A stretch of DNA of 64,000 bases from Vicugna vicugna (taxonomy: Eukaryota): NCBI GenBank assembly GCA_013265495.1, contig MU058054.1:620001-684000 (forward strand), given 5' to 3'. The translations under genes were made by a program, and so were the position numbers. Under the pieces are notes generated by a model that saw only the letters and a list, made by a program, of their open reading frames with translations, searched no databases and was not told the origin of the DNA. Shown in pieces: positions 40,560-55,830 of the stretch (positions are counted from its first letter, which is position 1; each line of letters begins with the position of its first letter).

Positions 40560-41258
40560 GTGGTAGTTATTGATACATGTCTACCCAAAGCCATCCTCCT
40601 TTCTTCCTTGCTAATTTTAGAACCCTAATTTTTTTAAGGTAATAAGATCCCCAGCTCCCAGGGTTTCCAGATTTAGCTAACATTTTTTTTAAAAGGGCAC
40701 ACAGTTAAATTTAAACTTCAGATAAACAAGTATACTTTAGTATAAGTATGTCCCAGTTATTAAGTATATTTAATATCCAACAGAGAACAGAATTTCATAA
40801 ATGGTTTGGACCAAGCATAATTTATCATACTAAGTATTTACTACAAGTATGTCTCCAGTCCTAGTCCTAACCCAGTCTGATCCCTGGACATTCATTTTTG
40901 TCAGCCTTTCTTGTACCTAACAGTGGCCACATGACCAGTGAGATGTGAAGTGAAGTCCATCCAGGGGCTTCTGGGAAGAGATTGGAACCGCTGTTTCCGC
41001 GTCTTCCTGCCTGGAATGGTAAGTTAATGCCCAAATCTGCGGGAGTCCTCTTAGGACTGTGAGGTGGCAAGCATGAGGGTGAAATCAAACATGCTAAAGA
41101 AAGTAAAGTAGAAAGAGAGTCGTTACAACCCTGTGTATCAGCACCACCAGCCCTAGGCGCCCTACTTCCTGATTTCTTATGAGACAGATGAACTCCTCAT
41201 TGCTTAAGCCACTGGAAGTTAGGGTTTCTGATACTTGCAGTCACATGCATCCCTGACT
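40560..41258 (+). mobile_element. MaLR LTR (MLT1J/K-like) interrupted by a MER53-like hAT element (about 40660-40860)
   Basis: cccaaagccatcctcctttcttccttgcta...ggccacatgaccagtgagatgtgaag...ttgcttaagccactg; insert cagggtttccagatttagc...ttcagataaacaa...tagtataagtatgtccc. Confidence 0.7.
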
Positions 41259-41329
41259 TGTACCCCTCCCTCCGTCTCCTTCTCTCCGTTCCGTGTTTTG
41301 TCTTTTTGCATGTGCTAGGGCCTCAGGAA

Positions 41330-44300
41330 CAATGTTCAATAGTTTCTGATTACTGATCATTGATTCTCTCTGCTAGTGAGTGATCGCTCCAGATTTTCTA
41401 TTTCTTCATGATTTAGACTTGGTAGGTTTATGTTTCTAGGGATTCATCCATTTCTTCTAGGTTGTCTAATTTTTTGGCATGTAATTGTTCCTAATGGTTT
41501 CTTATTATCTTTAGTATTTCTGTGGTATCAGTTGTAATGTCTCCTTTCATTTCTGATTTTATTTATTTGAATTTTCTCTCTCTTGTCTAGCCAGAGGTTT
41601 GTCAATTTATTTTTTTTTAAAAACGACTTAATTTAATTGATATTTTCTCTTGTCTTTATAGTCTCTGCTTTGTTTATTTCTACTATGATCTTTTTTATTT
41701 CCTTCATTATAACTTTGGGCTTAGTTCGTTCTGAGTGTACAGTGAGGTCATTTATTTCACGTTTTTCTGTTTTCTTAATGTTGATGTTCATCACTATAAA
41801 CTTCTTTCTTAGGACTCCTTTTGTTGCGTCCTTAAGCTTTAGTGTGTTGTGTTTTCATTTGTCTCAAGATCATTTTTATTTCTTCTTTCACCTGTTGCTT
41901 GTTCTGGAGCATGTTGTTTAATCTGCACATATTTGTGAATTTTCTGGTTTTTCTCTTGTAGTTGATTTCTAGTTTCCTACCACTGTGGTTGGGAAAGAAG
42001 CTTGGTATGTTTTTAATCGTCTTAAATTTATTAAGACTTATTTTAATTTGTATTTCCCTAGTGACTAATAATGTTAAGTGTGCTTTCATGTATCTATTTA
42101 CCATCCATATATCTTCTTTGTTCAAATTTTTGTTCAAATCTTTTGTACATTATGTTATTGGATTGCTTGTTTTCTTGTTGAATTTTGTGAGTTCTTTATA
42201 TATTCTAGATAAAAATTCTTTATCAAATGTGTGTTTTGAAATATTAACTTCCAATCTGTAGCTTTTCTTTTCATTTTCTTAACACTATTTTTCAAAGAGT
42301 AGAAGTTTTAAATTTGATGAATTCCAGTATATTAACTGTTTTACTCTTATGGATTATGGTTTTGTTGTGGTATTCAATAAATCTTTGCCTAGTCCCAGGA
42401 AGGAAAGATTTCCCCCTTTTCTTCTAAAAGTTTAAAGAAATTGGGAAACCTAGACTTTCCCAACTACATGATCGCTGAAAAGCTTATTCCTTTAATTGCC
42501 TTTCCCCAGATATAGTATTTCACAAATATACTTTGGGAGCAAATCAGTAGTGAAGTCTCTGTACCCAAAAGAAAGCGATACAAATGTATTATAAATATTA
42601 AATTCCACATTTACTTACACTATTCTCAATTACCTCTTTACGTAGCTAGATAATACTCTCATGGACTCTTGAAGACAAAAAGGAATTTTGATGTGTTTTT
42701 TTCCCATTTACACTCCTGCCTCTGCAGTGACTACCTGGCATCTGCCTTCATACTCTGAAATGACAATAGTCTTACTTGCTTATAACATTTATGTATTTTT
42801 TTCTGATTATAAAAATCCAGGGACAGAAAAGTCCAGAGAAGTTAAATAGGAAAATAAAACCACTTAAAGCTTGGGGGGAAAAAGGTCTGAAACTCGTAGG
42901 CTTTACACTTAATTCTATGTCCATTTTGAATAAATGTTTGTATATGGTGTAAGGAAAGAGTCAAGGTTCTATATACAGCTGTCTTTAATTGTTCCAGCAC
43001 CATTTGTTGAAAAGGCTATTCTTTCTCCATTGAATTGCCTTTGCACCTTTGTCAAAAAAAATCAATGTATGTGCATGAACTCTGTTCCTTTCCACTGACC
43101 TCTGTTTATCCTTTCGCCAATACCATGCTGTCTGGATAAGTACAGCTTTATACTAACTCAGCAAACATTAATCCTCCAATGTTGTTTTTCTGTTTCACAA
43201 TTGTTTGGCTATGGTACTATCTTGGCCTTTCCGTACAAATTTTAGAATTGGCATGTCAGTTTCTACCAAAAAATCTACTGATCTTGATTTGGACTGCATT
43301 GAATTTGTAGACAATTCTGGGAGAATTAACATCACAACAATATTGAGTCTTCTAACCCATGAACATGGCTTACCTTTCCATTTAGTTAGGTCCTCTTTGA
43401 ATTTTTTTCATTAGCATTTTGGAGTTTTCAGCATATAGATCTTAAACGTATGTTTTAGTATTACAACTAAGTCTTTTTGGGTTTTGGTGTTAGTTCAAAT
43501 TCAAAAAATTTAATTTCCAATTGTTCATTTCTGGTATGTAGAAATTCAATTAATTTTTGTATAGCAACCTTGTATCCTAAATCCATACTAACCTTCCTTA
43601 TTCATTTTAGTGGTTTTTTTTTTGTAGTGTCTTTTGATTTTCTATAGTAATCACATTGTTTACAAGGAGATGGTTTTATTTCTTCCTTTCCATCTGCATG
43701 CCTCCATTTGTTTTTCTTACCTCATTGCGTTAGCTGGGACTTGCAGTACAATGTTGAATGTATGTGGTGAGAGGGGACATCCTTGCCTTATTCCCGATCT
43801 TAGGGAGAACGCAGTTGCTCTTTCACCATTAAATAAGATGTAAGCTGTACATACCCTATATCAGGCTGAGGAAGTTCCTTCTATTCCTCGTTTTCTTAAG
43901 GGCTTTTAATTCAAATAGATGTTGAATTTTATTTTATTTTTATTTATTGTGATGGTCATAATGGTTTTGCTCCTTCGGTCTGTTGAAATGATGACTTATA
44001 CTGACTTTTTAATTTTGAAGCAACCTGCATTCCTAGAGTAAACCCTACATGGCCATGATGCATTATCCTTCTTTTATATTATTGCAGGGTTCAGTTTGCT
44101 AGCATTTTGTGGAGGATTTTTGTACCTGTTTTCATGAAGGGTGTTAGGCTGTGGTCTTCTTGTCTCCTAATGTCTCTGTCTGGTTGTGTTATCTGTGATA
44201 TCAGGGTGATGCTGGCTTCATAAACTGATCTGAGGAGTGTTTCCTCCTTGTCTATTTTATGGAAGAATTTATGTAAAATTGGTAACATTTCTTTCTTGTT

Positions 44301-46200
44301 TAGTAGAATTCACCAGGGATGCCATCTGAGGCTAATGTTTTCTTTCTTAGGTTTTCAAATACATATGCAATTTCCTTCACAGCTACAGGACTAATCAGGA
44401 CATATATTTCTTTTTGAGTGAGCTTGTGTAATATCTGACTTTTGAGGAATTTGTGCATTCATCTAAGTTGTCCAATTTGTTGGCATAAAGCTATTTGTAA
44501 TGTTCCCACACCATCCTTGCCTTAAATGTCTGTAGGATTTATACTGATGTATTCTCTTTCATTGCTGATATTAGTAATTTGTGCCTTCTTTTTATCTCTG
44601 TTAGTCTTTTGTTAGGCTAGAGGTTTATCAATTTTGTTGATTTTCACCAAGATACAGAATTGGTTTCATTAAATTTCTCTTATTTTCTTCTATTTTAAAT
44701 TCCATTGGCTTTTACCTTTATTTCTATTATTTCCTTCCTTCAGCTTGTTTTGCATATAATTTGCTTTTCTTTTTCTAATTTCTTAAGCAGGAGCTTAGAT
44801 AATTAGATCTTTCTTTTTTTCTAATATAGGCATTTTACTGCTATAAATTTCCCTGTAAACACTAGTTTAGCTGTATCCTATAAATATTGACATGTTGTGT
44901 TATGATTTTCATTACATTCAAAAGATTTTAAAATATCCCTGTGACTTCTTCTTTGACTCATGGGTTATTTAGCAGAAATATGTTCTTTGATTTGCAAATA
45001 TTTGAAAGATTTTCCAGATATTTTTCTCTAATTGGTTTCTAGTTTAATTCTGTTATGGTCAGAGAACATATTTTGTATAACTTCAGTTTTTTTTTTAAGT
45101 TTGTTCAGTTTTGTTTTCTGGTCTAGAATATGATCTATTTAGGTGAATAGTCCATGTGCAGTTGAAATGAACAAGTGTTCTGCTGTTGCGTTTTAACGTT
45201 CTATAAATGTGTTAAAATTGGTTGATAGTGTTGTTCAGGTTTTCTGAATCATTACTGATTCGGTTTTTGTTTGTTTGTTTACTAGTTCTATCAATTATTG
45301 CGAGGAGAGCATTGAAATCTCCAGCTAAAATTGTGGATGTGTCTGTTCTTTAAATTTTATTAACTTTTGCTTCGTGTATTTTGAATCAATATTTTTAGGA
45401 GCATACACAGCTAGGGTTGTTGTCTTGTTGCTGAATTAGCTCTTTTATCAATGACATCCCTCTTTATCCTTGCTAATGTGTCTTACTTGTCTTGCAGTAA
45501 TAGTGCCATCCAGCTTTATTTGGTTACTTTTTGCATGTTTTTTCCTGTCTTTCTCCTTTTTATTAATTTTAAATTTATATTTAATTGATACTTTTTCCTA
45601 TCATTTATTGTGGACCTTTTTTTAAAAAAAAACAAACATAAATTTGGAGTTATTTTAGATTGACAGAAAAGTTGCTGTATACTCTTGTTCAATTTCCCCT
45701 GATGTTGACATCTTTCATTACCCTGGTACATTGGTCAAAATTTTAAAAAAACCATCAGTGGTTTATTACTATTAAATAAATTCCTGTCTTCATTCAGATT
45801 TCACTAGTTTTTACATCGTCCTTTCACTGTTCCAGGACCTGGTCAGGATATCACATTGTCTTTAGTCATCATGTCTCTTTAGTCTCTTCTGGTCTGTGAC
45901 AGTTTCTCAGACTTAACTTGTCTTTCATCACCTTAATAGTTTTGAGGAGTAATGGTCAGGTGTTTTGTAAAATGTCCTCAGTTTGGGTTTGTCTGATTTT
46001 TTTTTCATGATTAGGCTGGAGTTACAGATTTTTAGGCAGAATACCACAGAGGTAAGTTTTCCCCCTCATCACATTATGTCAGGGGACATAAAATATCAAC
46101 ATAATTCATCATTGGTCTAGCCATTTGGTTAAGGTAGGGTTTTCTAGGCTTCTCCACTGTAAATTTTCTATTTTTACCCCCTTCCAAACTTTCACAAATA
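41330..46200 (-). mobile_element. cluster of degraded L1 fragments, minus strand
   Basis: T-rich; ORFs 41832..42137 and 44091..44288 give L1 ORF2-like peptides (PNHSGRKLEINYKRK; PILHKFFHKI...SVYEASITLI). Confidence 0.88.
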
Positions 46201-46271
46201 TATACTAATTGATTTTTATTGTATTTGGCTCTCATAATTACTGGAATGCATTAAAATTTAATACTTAAAAT

Positions 46272-46490
46272 CAAGAGTTTGCAAAATATGATCCTTAGAC
46301 CAAATCTGGCCTATAGCCTGTTTTTCTATGGTCCTCAAGCTAAGGAAAGGTTTTTATATTTTTTAAGGGTTGCAAAAAGAAAACAAAACAGAATAAAACA
46401 CAAAGAATATGTTATAGAGACTATATGTGGTATGCAGAGCTTATAATATTTCTATTTGGCCCTTTACAGAAAAAAGTTTGCTCACCCCTG
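46272..46490. mobile_element. MER58-like hAT element
   Basis: ccaaatctggcctatagcctgtttt...ggccctttacagaaaaaagtttgctcacccctg. Confidence 0.75.
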
Positions 46491-46589
46491 CTTAAAACTG
46501 ATTCTTACTTCTTGGTGCACTTCCTACTTTTTGGTGAAAAGTAATTTCCTTCTGTAAAGGAGTAAATTAAAAATATGTGTGATATGAAG

Positions 46590-49500
46590 AAAAAAATGAC
46601 AAAACTAAAAAAATAAAAGGGATTAGGCAAATTTATAATCATAGTCTGAAACTTTAACACACCTCTCTTAGCAATTGATGGACTAAATGGACAAAAATTT
46701 AATAATTAGAGATATAAATTTGAATAATGAGATTAAGTTGACTTAAATGAATATATTCATGGGAGTGCACCTAACAAATGCTGAATATGTGTTCATCTAA
46801 GTTGATCGTGTGCTAGGGCCAAAAAGCAGGTCAGGTTTTGAATAATTGTTAAATTTTTTTTTAATTGAAGTACCGTCAATTATAACGTGTCAGTTTCTGG
46901 TGTGCAGCACAGTGTCTCAGTTGTGTATATGCATACATATATTTGTTTTCATATTCTTTTTCATTAATGGTTATTACAAGATATTGAACATAGTTCCCTG
47001 TGTTATATAGCAGAAACTTTTTTTTAAAAATCTATTTTTATATATAGTGGCTAACATTTGTAAATTATTCACACTCCCAAATTTATCCCTTCCAATCATA
47101 AGACTGTTTACTATGTCTCAAATAATCTGTATCTGAACAATGGAACTAGGCTGGAAATCAATAACAAAAAGATAACCAGAAAGTACTCAAATTTATATAC
47201 TTCTGAATATTCCATAGGTCAAAGAAGAAATCACAATGGAAAAGAGAAAATATTCTTAAGTAAATGATAATGAAAATATGACTAAAATAGTGCCTTGTGT
47301 GAAATTTACTACCTTCCATTTATATATCAGAGACACATAACAGTTGAAAATTAATGAGCTAAATATGTATACAATAAGCTTAAAAACAGGAAAATTAAGC
47401 CCCCAAAAAAGTAAAAAGAGGGAAGAAATGATAAAAGTAAGAGCAGTTGTCAACAAAATAGAAAAAAAAAATCCAGTAGAAAGGATCAATAAGGTCAAAA
47501 TTTGGTTCTCTGAAAATAATAGTAAAATTGATAAACTCCTAGAGAGACTGATCAAGAAAAAAGAGAAAGATGGGAATAACCAGCATCAGGAATGAAAAAT
47601 TACGTCACCAGAGATTTTACAGACGTTACAAAAATAACTAGAAGATGTCGTAAACAACTTTATTCTAATAAATTTGAGAGTTTAAATAAAATGGACAGAT
47701 TTCTTGGGCAAAGTTAACTTACTAAACTGACACAGACAAGAGAGATAATCAAAATAGTCCTTGCGTATTAAAGGAATTAAGCCACAACCACAAACCTACT
47801 ACCAAAGAAAACTACAGATTCAAATGGTTTCCCTGGTAAATTCTTCCAAATGTATTTCTTTGAGGAAGAAATAATAGCAGTTTTATCCAAACTCTTCCAA
47901 AGAATATAAAAAGAGAGCGTACTCACTCGCTGTGGCCAGAATCACCTTGATACTGAAACCTAAGGAAAACATGATAAGAAAGGAAAAATGGAGGACAGTT
48001 TCACACATGAATAACATTAGGAAACAAAATAGTAGCAAATGAAATCCAGCAATACATAAACAGGATGATGTAGCATAGCTAATCTGGCTTATTCTTCAAA
48101 TGCGTAGGGAGTTAATAGGGGTCTCAGAGGGAACCAGCTAAATCAGATTTAAATAAGAACCAGAGTTTCATAACATAGTACCTAAAATGTCAGAGTTCCT
48201 ACTGAAAAGCACTCACCAAGAACCAGGAAGATATTAAACTGAATGAAAAAAGCAAAGCAGTAGACAACAACATGGAGATGATGGAGATCTTAGAATTACT
48301 TGACAAAAATTTTAAAGGTGCCATCATCATAAAAATGCTCCATAAGCAATTAAAAAACCACTTGAAACAAATGAAAAAATATAAATTCTCAGCAAAGAAA
48401 CAGAACATATGAAGAGGAACCAAATTGATTTTTTTATTATATTAAAATATGCATATTACCATCTTAACCATTTTTAAGTGCATATTTCTTAACAAATTGA
48501 AATTTTGGAACAGAAAAATACAGTCACCTAAGTACAAAATTTAGCAGGTGGCTCAACGACAGAATGAAGGGTTAGGGGCATCAGTGAACTAGAAGATAGA
48601 AAAATAGAAATTACCCAATCTCAACAGTAGAGAGAAAGTAGACCAGGAGAAGAATGAACAGAGCCTCAAGGACCTGTGGGGTTGTAGCAAAAGGTCTGAC
48701 ATTCGTATCACTGTAGTCCAGAAGGAGAGGCAACAGAGCAAAGCTGAAAAAAAGTATTCAGATCATGGCTGAAAGCTTCCAAATTTAACAGATCATGTAA
48801 ACCAACAGATTCAAGATGAGCCAAACCCAAACAGGATAAAACCAAAGAAATCCACACTAAGAAACAGTCAGAGTTCTAAAGACTAAAGAGAAAAAAAAAA
48901 TCTTGAAAGTATTAGGAGAAAAACACCACCTTATCTACAATTTTCAAATGACAGTGGACTCTCATCAGAAACCATGGAGAAGAAAACAAAGGAGCACAAC
49001 GTTCTTGTTTTTTTTTTAAGTGCTGAAAGAAAAGCACTGTCAACCCAGAATCCTGCGTTTAGTGAAGATATCCTTTGGAAATAAAGGGGAAATCAAGACA
49101 TTCGAAGATGAAGAAAAAGGAAGAGAATTTGTCTCTAGTACACTGACCCTAAACAATGGCTAAAGGAAATTCTCTAAATAGAAAGAAAACAACAAAAGAA
49201 GGAATCTTGAAACATCAGAAAAGAAAAAGAACACAGTCAGCAAAAATATGGGTAAAAACAATAGATTTCTCTTCCCCTCTTAAGTTTTCTAAATTATATT
49301 AGATGGTTGACACAAAAAATTGTAAGACCGTCGGATGTGGTTCTAAGTGGATGTAGAGGAAATAAACATGCAACTACCATGAGATCTGGCAGTTATGCTC
49401 CTGGGCATTTATCCTAAAGAAATGAAATGTGTCCACACAAAATACATCTATTCATACAAAAACCTGTACACAAAGGTTTATAGCAACTGTATTCATAGTA

Positions 49501-51200
49501 GCCCCAAACTGGAAACAAGCCACATGTCCTTCAACAGGTGAATGGTTTAACTGCGGTACACACGCACCACGGAATACCAGGTAGGAATAAAAGGAATCAA
49601 CCCCTGACAGAAGCAACAGCCTGGATGAATCGCCAGAGAATTATGCTGAGTGAAAAAAAGCCCATCTCAAAAGGTGACACACTGTGTGAGTCCACTTACC
49701 TAACATACTTGAAATGAGAAAAATTACAGAAAAGGAGAAAAGATTAGTGATGGCTAAGGTATAAAGGGGTGTGGGGTGGGAGGGAAAGGGGTGTGGTATA
49801 AAAGCACAATGTGAGGCATCCTTGTGGTGGAGGAAATGTTCTGTATCTTGGCTGCATCAATTTCCCAGTTATGATGTTGTACTATAGTTTGACAATATGT
49901 TATTTTGGGGGAAAACTGAGTCAAGAGTGCAAAGGATCTCTCTGTATTATTTCTTACAACTACATGTGAATCTACAATTCAAAAGTTTAGTTTAAAAACA
50001 AAAGACACCAGTAGGAGAATGAAATGCCGAGCCACAGAATAGGAAAAATTACTTGTAATACATATAACCTAATACAAGATTAGTACTCAGAATATATACA
50101 TAATTCCTATAAATAAGAAAAAGAAATATTTAATACCTTGTGATAACCTATAATGAAAAAGAATATATATGTATGACTGAATCACTATGCTGTACACCAG
50201 AAACTAGCATAAAATTGTAAATCAACTGTACTTCAATTGAAAAAAAAAAAAGATCAGGATGCTCCTGGAGAATGTCATTCTAAGTGAAGTAAGCCAGAAA
50301 GAGAAAGAAAAATACCATATGAGATCGCTCATATGTGGAATNNNNNNNNNNNNNNNNNNNNNNNNNNNNNNNNNNNNNNNNNNNNNNNNNNNNNNNNNNN
50401 NNNNNNNNNNNNNNNNNNNNNNNNNNNNNNNNNNNNNNNNNNNNNNNNNNNNNNNNNNNNNNNNNNNNNNNNNNNNNNNNNNNNNNNNNNNNNNNNNNNN
50501 NNNNNNNNNNNNNNNNNNNNNNNNNNNNNNNNNNNNNNNNNNNNNNNNNNNNNNNNNNNNNNNNNNNNNNNNNNNNNNNNNNNNNNGTTCATGTATAAAA
50601 ATTGTGCTCTAACTGGAATTTGATACAACATTGTAAAATGATTATAAATCAATAAAAAAAGTTAAAAAAAGATTAAACCACCTGAGATTCCACACCCAGA
50701 AAAAAAAAAAAGATGACTCATTTATTTAAAAAAAGAAAAGTTAAAATTTTAAATCACCTTACAGAAGAGGATATCCAAATGACCAATACACATATTAAAA
50801 AAAAAATTGATCAACTTTATTGGTCATTAGGAAAATAGAAATTACACTCACAAAGAAATAACACAACAGTGTCTTTAAGATGACAAAACAAACAAAGAAA
50901 AGGGAATATCAAGTGTTGACAAAGGTATGTATTATCTGGAATTCTCATGTATTGCTACTAGGAAAATAGATCAGTATAAACACCTTGGAAAACTGGCGAT
51001 ATCTACTAAATCTGAGCATGTGTATATCCTGTGACTCAGTGGTTCTTTTTTTCGGTATCCAACAGAAATGCATACATATTTGCAGTAAAAGACATGTAAA
51101 AGAATGTTCATAGTGGTGTGACTCCTAATAGCTCGATGGCATAAACCACCGAAATTCCCATCAACAGTAGAGTAGATACAAAATTGGGGTACCTGAATAC
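46590..51200 (+). mobile_element. cluster of nested L1 fragments, mostly plus strand, with younger L1 3' ends (46855-47095 minus; 50125-50670 plus)
   Basis: A-rich; ORF 47344..47595 ...INKVKIWFSENNSKIDKLLERLIKKK and 50259.. LENVILSEVSQKEKEKYHMRSLICG are L1 ORF2 motifs; ORF1-like sequence near 48500-49200. Confidence 0.88.
50342..50586. other. assembly gap (245 N)
   Basis: Run of N inside an L1 3' end. Confidence 0.99.
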
Positions 51201-51229
51201 ATATTCACTCATACATTCATACACATTTT

Positions 51230-52480
51230 TCCATGATGCCCCTCTTTCCCTCACTCCTATCCATCAGCCAGCCCTCATGGCTCCACTTCCAAAATATAAC
51301 CTGAATTTGTTCACTTCGCCTCATATCCACCGATACCATCCTCCTCAAAGACACCATCATTTCTCACCTGGCTGACCAAAACAGCCTTTTAACTAGCCGT
51401 CTTGCTTCTACTCATGCTCTCCTATGATTTCATTGTCTATAAAGCTGTCAGAATGGTCTTACTAAAACATAAATCAGGTCACCTCGTCCTCTGGCTGAAA
51501 CTTTAAAGTGAGATCTCATTGTAATTAGGATTAAATCCAACCCCTTGTCATGATTTGAAAGGCTTCCATGCTGGTTCTGCCATAGTCTAAGGTGTCTAAA
51601 AAGAAGGATCCTAAGATATACTGAGTGGCTTAAACAAATTAAGAGTTTATTTCTCTCTCACAGAAGGGTTGAAAGGAAGATAGCCCCAGGTTAGCAGGGC
51701 ATCTCCGCTGAACTCAACCCAGAGTTCCATCTTTGGCTTCAAAGTGCTTGCCATCACACCTGCATTCCAGCTAGCCAGAGATGGAAAAAGGAGAAGAGAA
51801 AGCCATGCTTCGAAAGAGCACAGCCCAGAAATTTCCCTTTCCACTTCTGCTGACGTTCTCATTGTCCACAATCTGGGCACATGGCACATCCAACTGAAAG
51901 GAAGCTCAGGAAGTGTTGTCTTTAGCTGAGCTGACATGTGCCCACCCATGACCATTACTATAGAAGCAGGGAAGAATGCGTATTGAGGACAACTTGTAGC
52001 CTCCGCTCTAGCCTACGTCATGTCAATTGTCGCAACCTCTCCAGCCTTATCTGTTCATCTCTTTGCTCTTCCTTGGCCCTCCAGTCACACTAGCCTTGTT
52101 GCTCATTCCCTCCTTAGTCCTCAGGGCCATTGCACCTGTGCCGTCCTGCTTCTGAAATGTTCTTCCCTAGGTGTTTACATGGCTGGCTCCTTCTCATCGT
52201 TTGGACCTTAACATCTTCCAAGAGGTAGCGGCATTCCCTGACCCTTCCCTCCCAAGCAAAGCAATCACCTCCTGATCACTCTCTAATCTGTATGTCCTGT
52301 TCTTTGTAGCACTTAGCCTTAGCTTCAATTCTCATTCACTTACCTGCTTACTATCTGCATCTCCCACTAAAACGTAAGCAACACAAGAGGAGCAGTGTTG
52401 TCTGACCTATTCTCTGTCAGATCCCCAGCTACCTTGGGTAAAGCAAGTATTCAACAAATATCTGTTGAACAGATGGATTC
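51230..52480. mobile_element. L2 fragments interrupted by a MaLR LTR (about 51590-52010)
   Basis: L2-like ccatcatttctcacctgg...taaaacataaatcaggtca and cctcagggccattgcacctgtg...tattcaacaaatatctgttgaa; MLT1-like agtggcttaaacaa...ttctcattgtccaca...catggcacatccaactg. Confidence 0.7.
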
Positions 52481-52839
52481 ATCTACCAAAAGCCTCATTT
52501 TATAACTGGGAAAGCTGAGGCCCAGAGAAAGTAAATGGCTTGCCTGAGGTTCTGCCTCTAGTTAGTAAATCCCCAGGTCAGGGCTTTTCTCGAGCATCCC
52601 GTTTCTTCCAGCCTCCTCTTTGACGTCTTCTACTATTTCACCTCTCAGCAATCTTTCTTCTGAATACCTATAGCGCTAGACTTTAACAGCCATTTGGTTT
52701 TTATTCTATAATACTTTGTACTGTTATTTATCTTTATTATATCTGTCTTATTTTCCTAACCAAGCTGCAAGTCCCTTGAAAATACCAACTTGGAGTCATT
52801 ATAGCTTTCATCCTGCCCTATTATTGAAGATGAAAGTTA

Positions 52840-53055
<216 letters not shown>

Positions 53056-53509
53056 TTAGAAGAATCTGAGCTGAACTTGAAGCATTTCCACAAAGTCTGA
53101 ACTCTGTAAATTGCACAAGTGTAATGTACTGTATTCATCATCGTATTGTGGGGGTCCATCTAATGCCTTAACCCTCTGCATGAAAAAACAACTATCACAC
53201 CCGTTCATTTACGCCTAATGTTCTAACCCAAGAAAAATGCATTTCTAATAGAGGCTTTATGAAATAAACTTATACTACGATAATTTCATTTTAAAGGAGA
53301 AATACGATTTCAGTGCAAACTAAAGCTTCTTTATACTTAACGGCATTTTCAATTATTGACAATATGGTTATTCTTCTTAAAATTCAGAGAAATCAGAGAT
53401 GCAGTCTTACTAACTGAGATCTTTGGCTCTGAAAGAAAAATCTGTGTGCTTGAAACTATGCTTCTGTTGTTATAATAAGTCATAGTTTATTTTAAAAAAG
53501 AGCTTTTGA

Positions 53510-53680
53510 TAAACAACAAAGTCCTACTCTATAGCACAGGGAACTATATCCAATAGCTTATAATAGCCTATAATGAAAAAGAATACGAGAAAGAATATAT
53601 TTATGTATAATTGAATCAATACACTGTAGACCAGAAATTCACACACTGTAAATCTACTATGCTTCAATAAAAAAAAAACT
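53510..53680 (+). mobile_element. young L1 3' end
   Basis: aacaacaaagtcctactctatagcacagggaactatatccaa...tactatgcttcaataaaaaaaaaa. Confidence 0.85.
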
Positions 53681-54459
53681 ATGATGGGAAAAAAGAGTTC
53701 TTTTTAGACATTTCTCATATTACTAGAAGATGTGAATGCCCAAATAGGTTATTTTAGTGTAACTGAACAACATGGTTAGGATTGATACAACTCATTTACA
53801 ATTCCTAGAACTCATACGGTGTCAGTATGCCTGGTGCCAAGGCTTTTTAAGGACAGGAGGACACTGTTTTCAAAAAATGAACAAATGAATAAATCAATGA
53901 GTAGATGAATAATTGAGCAAAGCCTGCTGTCAGGGGCAAAACTCACATTAAGGTGGATCTATTGTATTGAAGCCAGAAACACAAACTCAGGGAGTGCTTG
54001 ACATAGACATGTGATAAGGTTTCAGCTTCTTACTGCTCTCGGGTTACAGGAAGAAAAATAAAGAACTCTGGGTCCCAATGAAATCCAAGTAAAAACACTG
54101 TGTCCTAAGCTGGATGAGGCTGAAGAAGTTGGCACACGTTCTAAGAGGGACAAATATTTTCATTTGCCTGTGACCTCTGTATGTCGACATTCAGGCTGTT
54201 AAAGCTTAGTGTTACAGGAATTCAGAAAAATGATCGCTGAGGGATGGAGCAGCTGAAGAAGACTTCAGTAAAAGTAATGATTGCAAATTTATTTCTGTAT
54301 TTTTGATACATAAATGTGTTTACTATTTGAATTTTCCTATGAATCAGTTGTAACATTTTACGCGTCCCCGCATTTAATTAATGAGTTAAACAGAATCTTT
54401 GACATATTCATTTTATATTTGTATACGAGGCATGGGTTTACTTTAAAAAGTATACATCT

Positions 54460-55830
54460 CTGAACAGTTTTGGGGATCCCACCAAGATGAGCGGAAGATT
54501 CACCTGAGATTGCCAGAGATGCTGCCTCGCACAGGAAACCACGCCCAGACACTCACTTTCTTGGCACCTGTAGGTGAATTCAGAGTGGCGACAGAACTTT
54601 GCTGACTCCTGTTTTTCTAATTTTAATATTACTCCCCATTAATTTGGGGTTTTGTTCTTCTTTTTGGCTTGTTTATGGCTGATAAGTTATTCCTTGTTGG
54701 GAGCCACAAAGGCTGGGAATTTGGTATCTCCCCCTGTAAATGGGTCTTAACAGAGATCTATTCCCTGTTGAGGGAGACACAATAGAGAATATGGTTTGTA
54801 GCCTTCTGTTTGTCTGTTTCTGTACTCTGAGCTCAATCCAGTCAGGATTTTCATGCCCACAAGGAAAAAGACTAACTTTTTGGTATCTGGGCTGTTACAT
54901 TTTTATGTTTCTGTGTTTCGTTTTCATCTGTGGCTGAAATTGTAGAATCAAAGCTATAAACTCTCTCTATATCTTTATGTCTGTGTATCTGTGGTCCAAG
55001 AAGGCCTTTATCTCCCATGTGATTGCAGAATGTTTTCCTGTCTCCAGACGGTATTAATAAATTTTAAAATCTCAAATTAAAGGAGCTCTGTTCTGATTGA
55101 CTTATAGAGAGAAATGAGTGCCTGTAGGAATTGAATATTCCTAAAATGCCCAGAAAACAAGGACATTGAACTCCTAAGACTTTAAATGAGCTCGTTCACC
55201 TCCCAAATTCAGAAACTCTCATCGAACCTCCTTCTGTTTCCTGGTAATACAGTTATTTGGATAGTTTCAGTAAAAATCTATTCTCTTCTAAAATATAATT
55301 GGAAAAATTGGTTTTGCAACCAAGGACTTGCCTGGAATTTCATACTTAAGAATGACACTATTAATTAGGTATGATAAGTAAGTTACTTTTAAAGAACTAA
55401 GGTTGACTTTATAGAAGCAGTGCTTACAAAGCCCTCCCAGAAAAACTGGCCTGGTACATGGCTTACGGGATTTCCAACCTTACAGGTTGTGAGGAATGTC
55501 ACTTCCTTGCAGGCCCAAGAACTTCAGGATATTGGAGCATCTCTAGAAGAGAGGAATTTGCCCAAATTCATAGGTTCCTGTAGTTGAAATCTGGTGGACA
55601 GTTTCTTGGGTTTGATTTCCTTGCCTCAAGATAGCAAATAATAGAGGACTTTAAAAGTACAATCTGAGATTCCTTATGGAAATTTCCAGAAGAGCAAACT
55701 TAAGATGGTTTATATGGTGAGTCAGCATTCTTGCTGCACCTAAATAAATAATCAGGTCAAACCTAATGAGACCAGCTTTATTTTGTGAATATTATTTTAA
55801 TCATTTTGTATCAAAACGGGAAGATTTTAG
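54460..55830 (+). mobile_element. probable ERV1 (MER4-group-like) internal non-coding remnant
   Basis: aaaaactggcctggtacatggcttac...gtcacttccttgcaggcccaagaacttcaggatattgg...gagaggaatttgcccaaattcatagg...aatctgagattccttatggaa resembles recalled MER4-group internal sequence. Confidence 0.55.

Noticed and set aside
50259..50652. Four ORFs of 87-117 aa
   Set aside because: Artefacts of translating through the N gap inside an L1 3' end.
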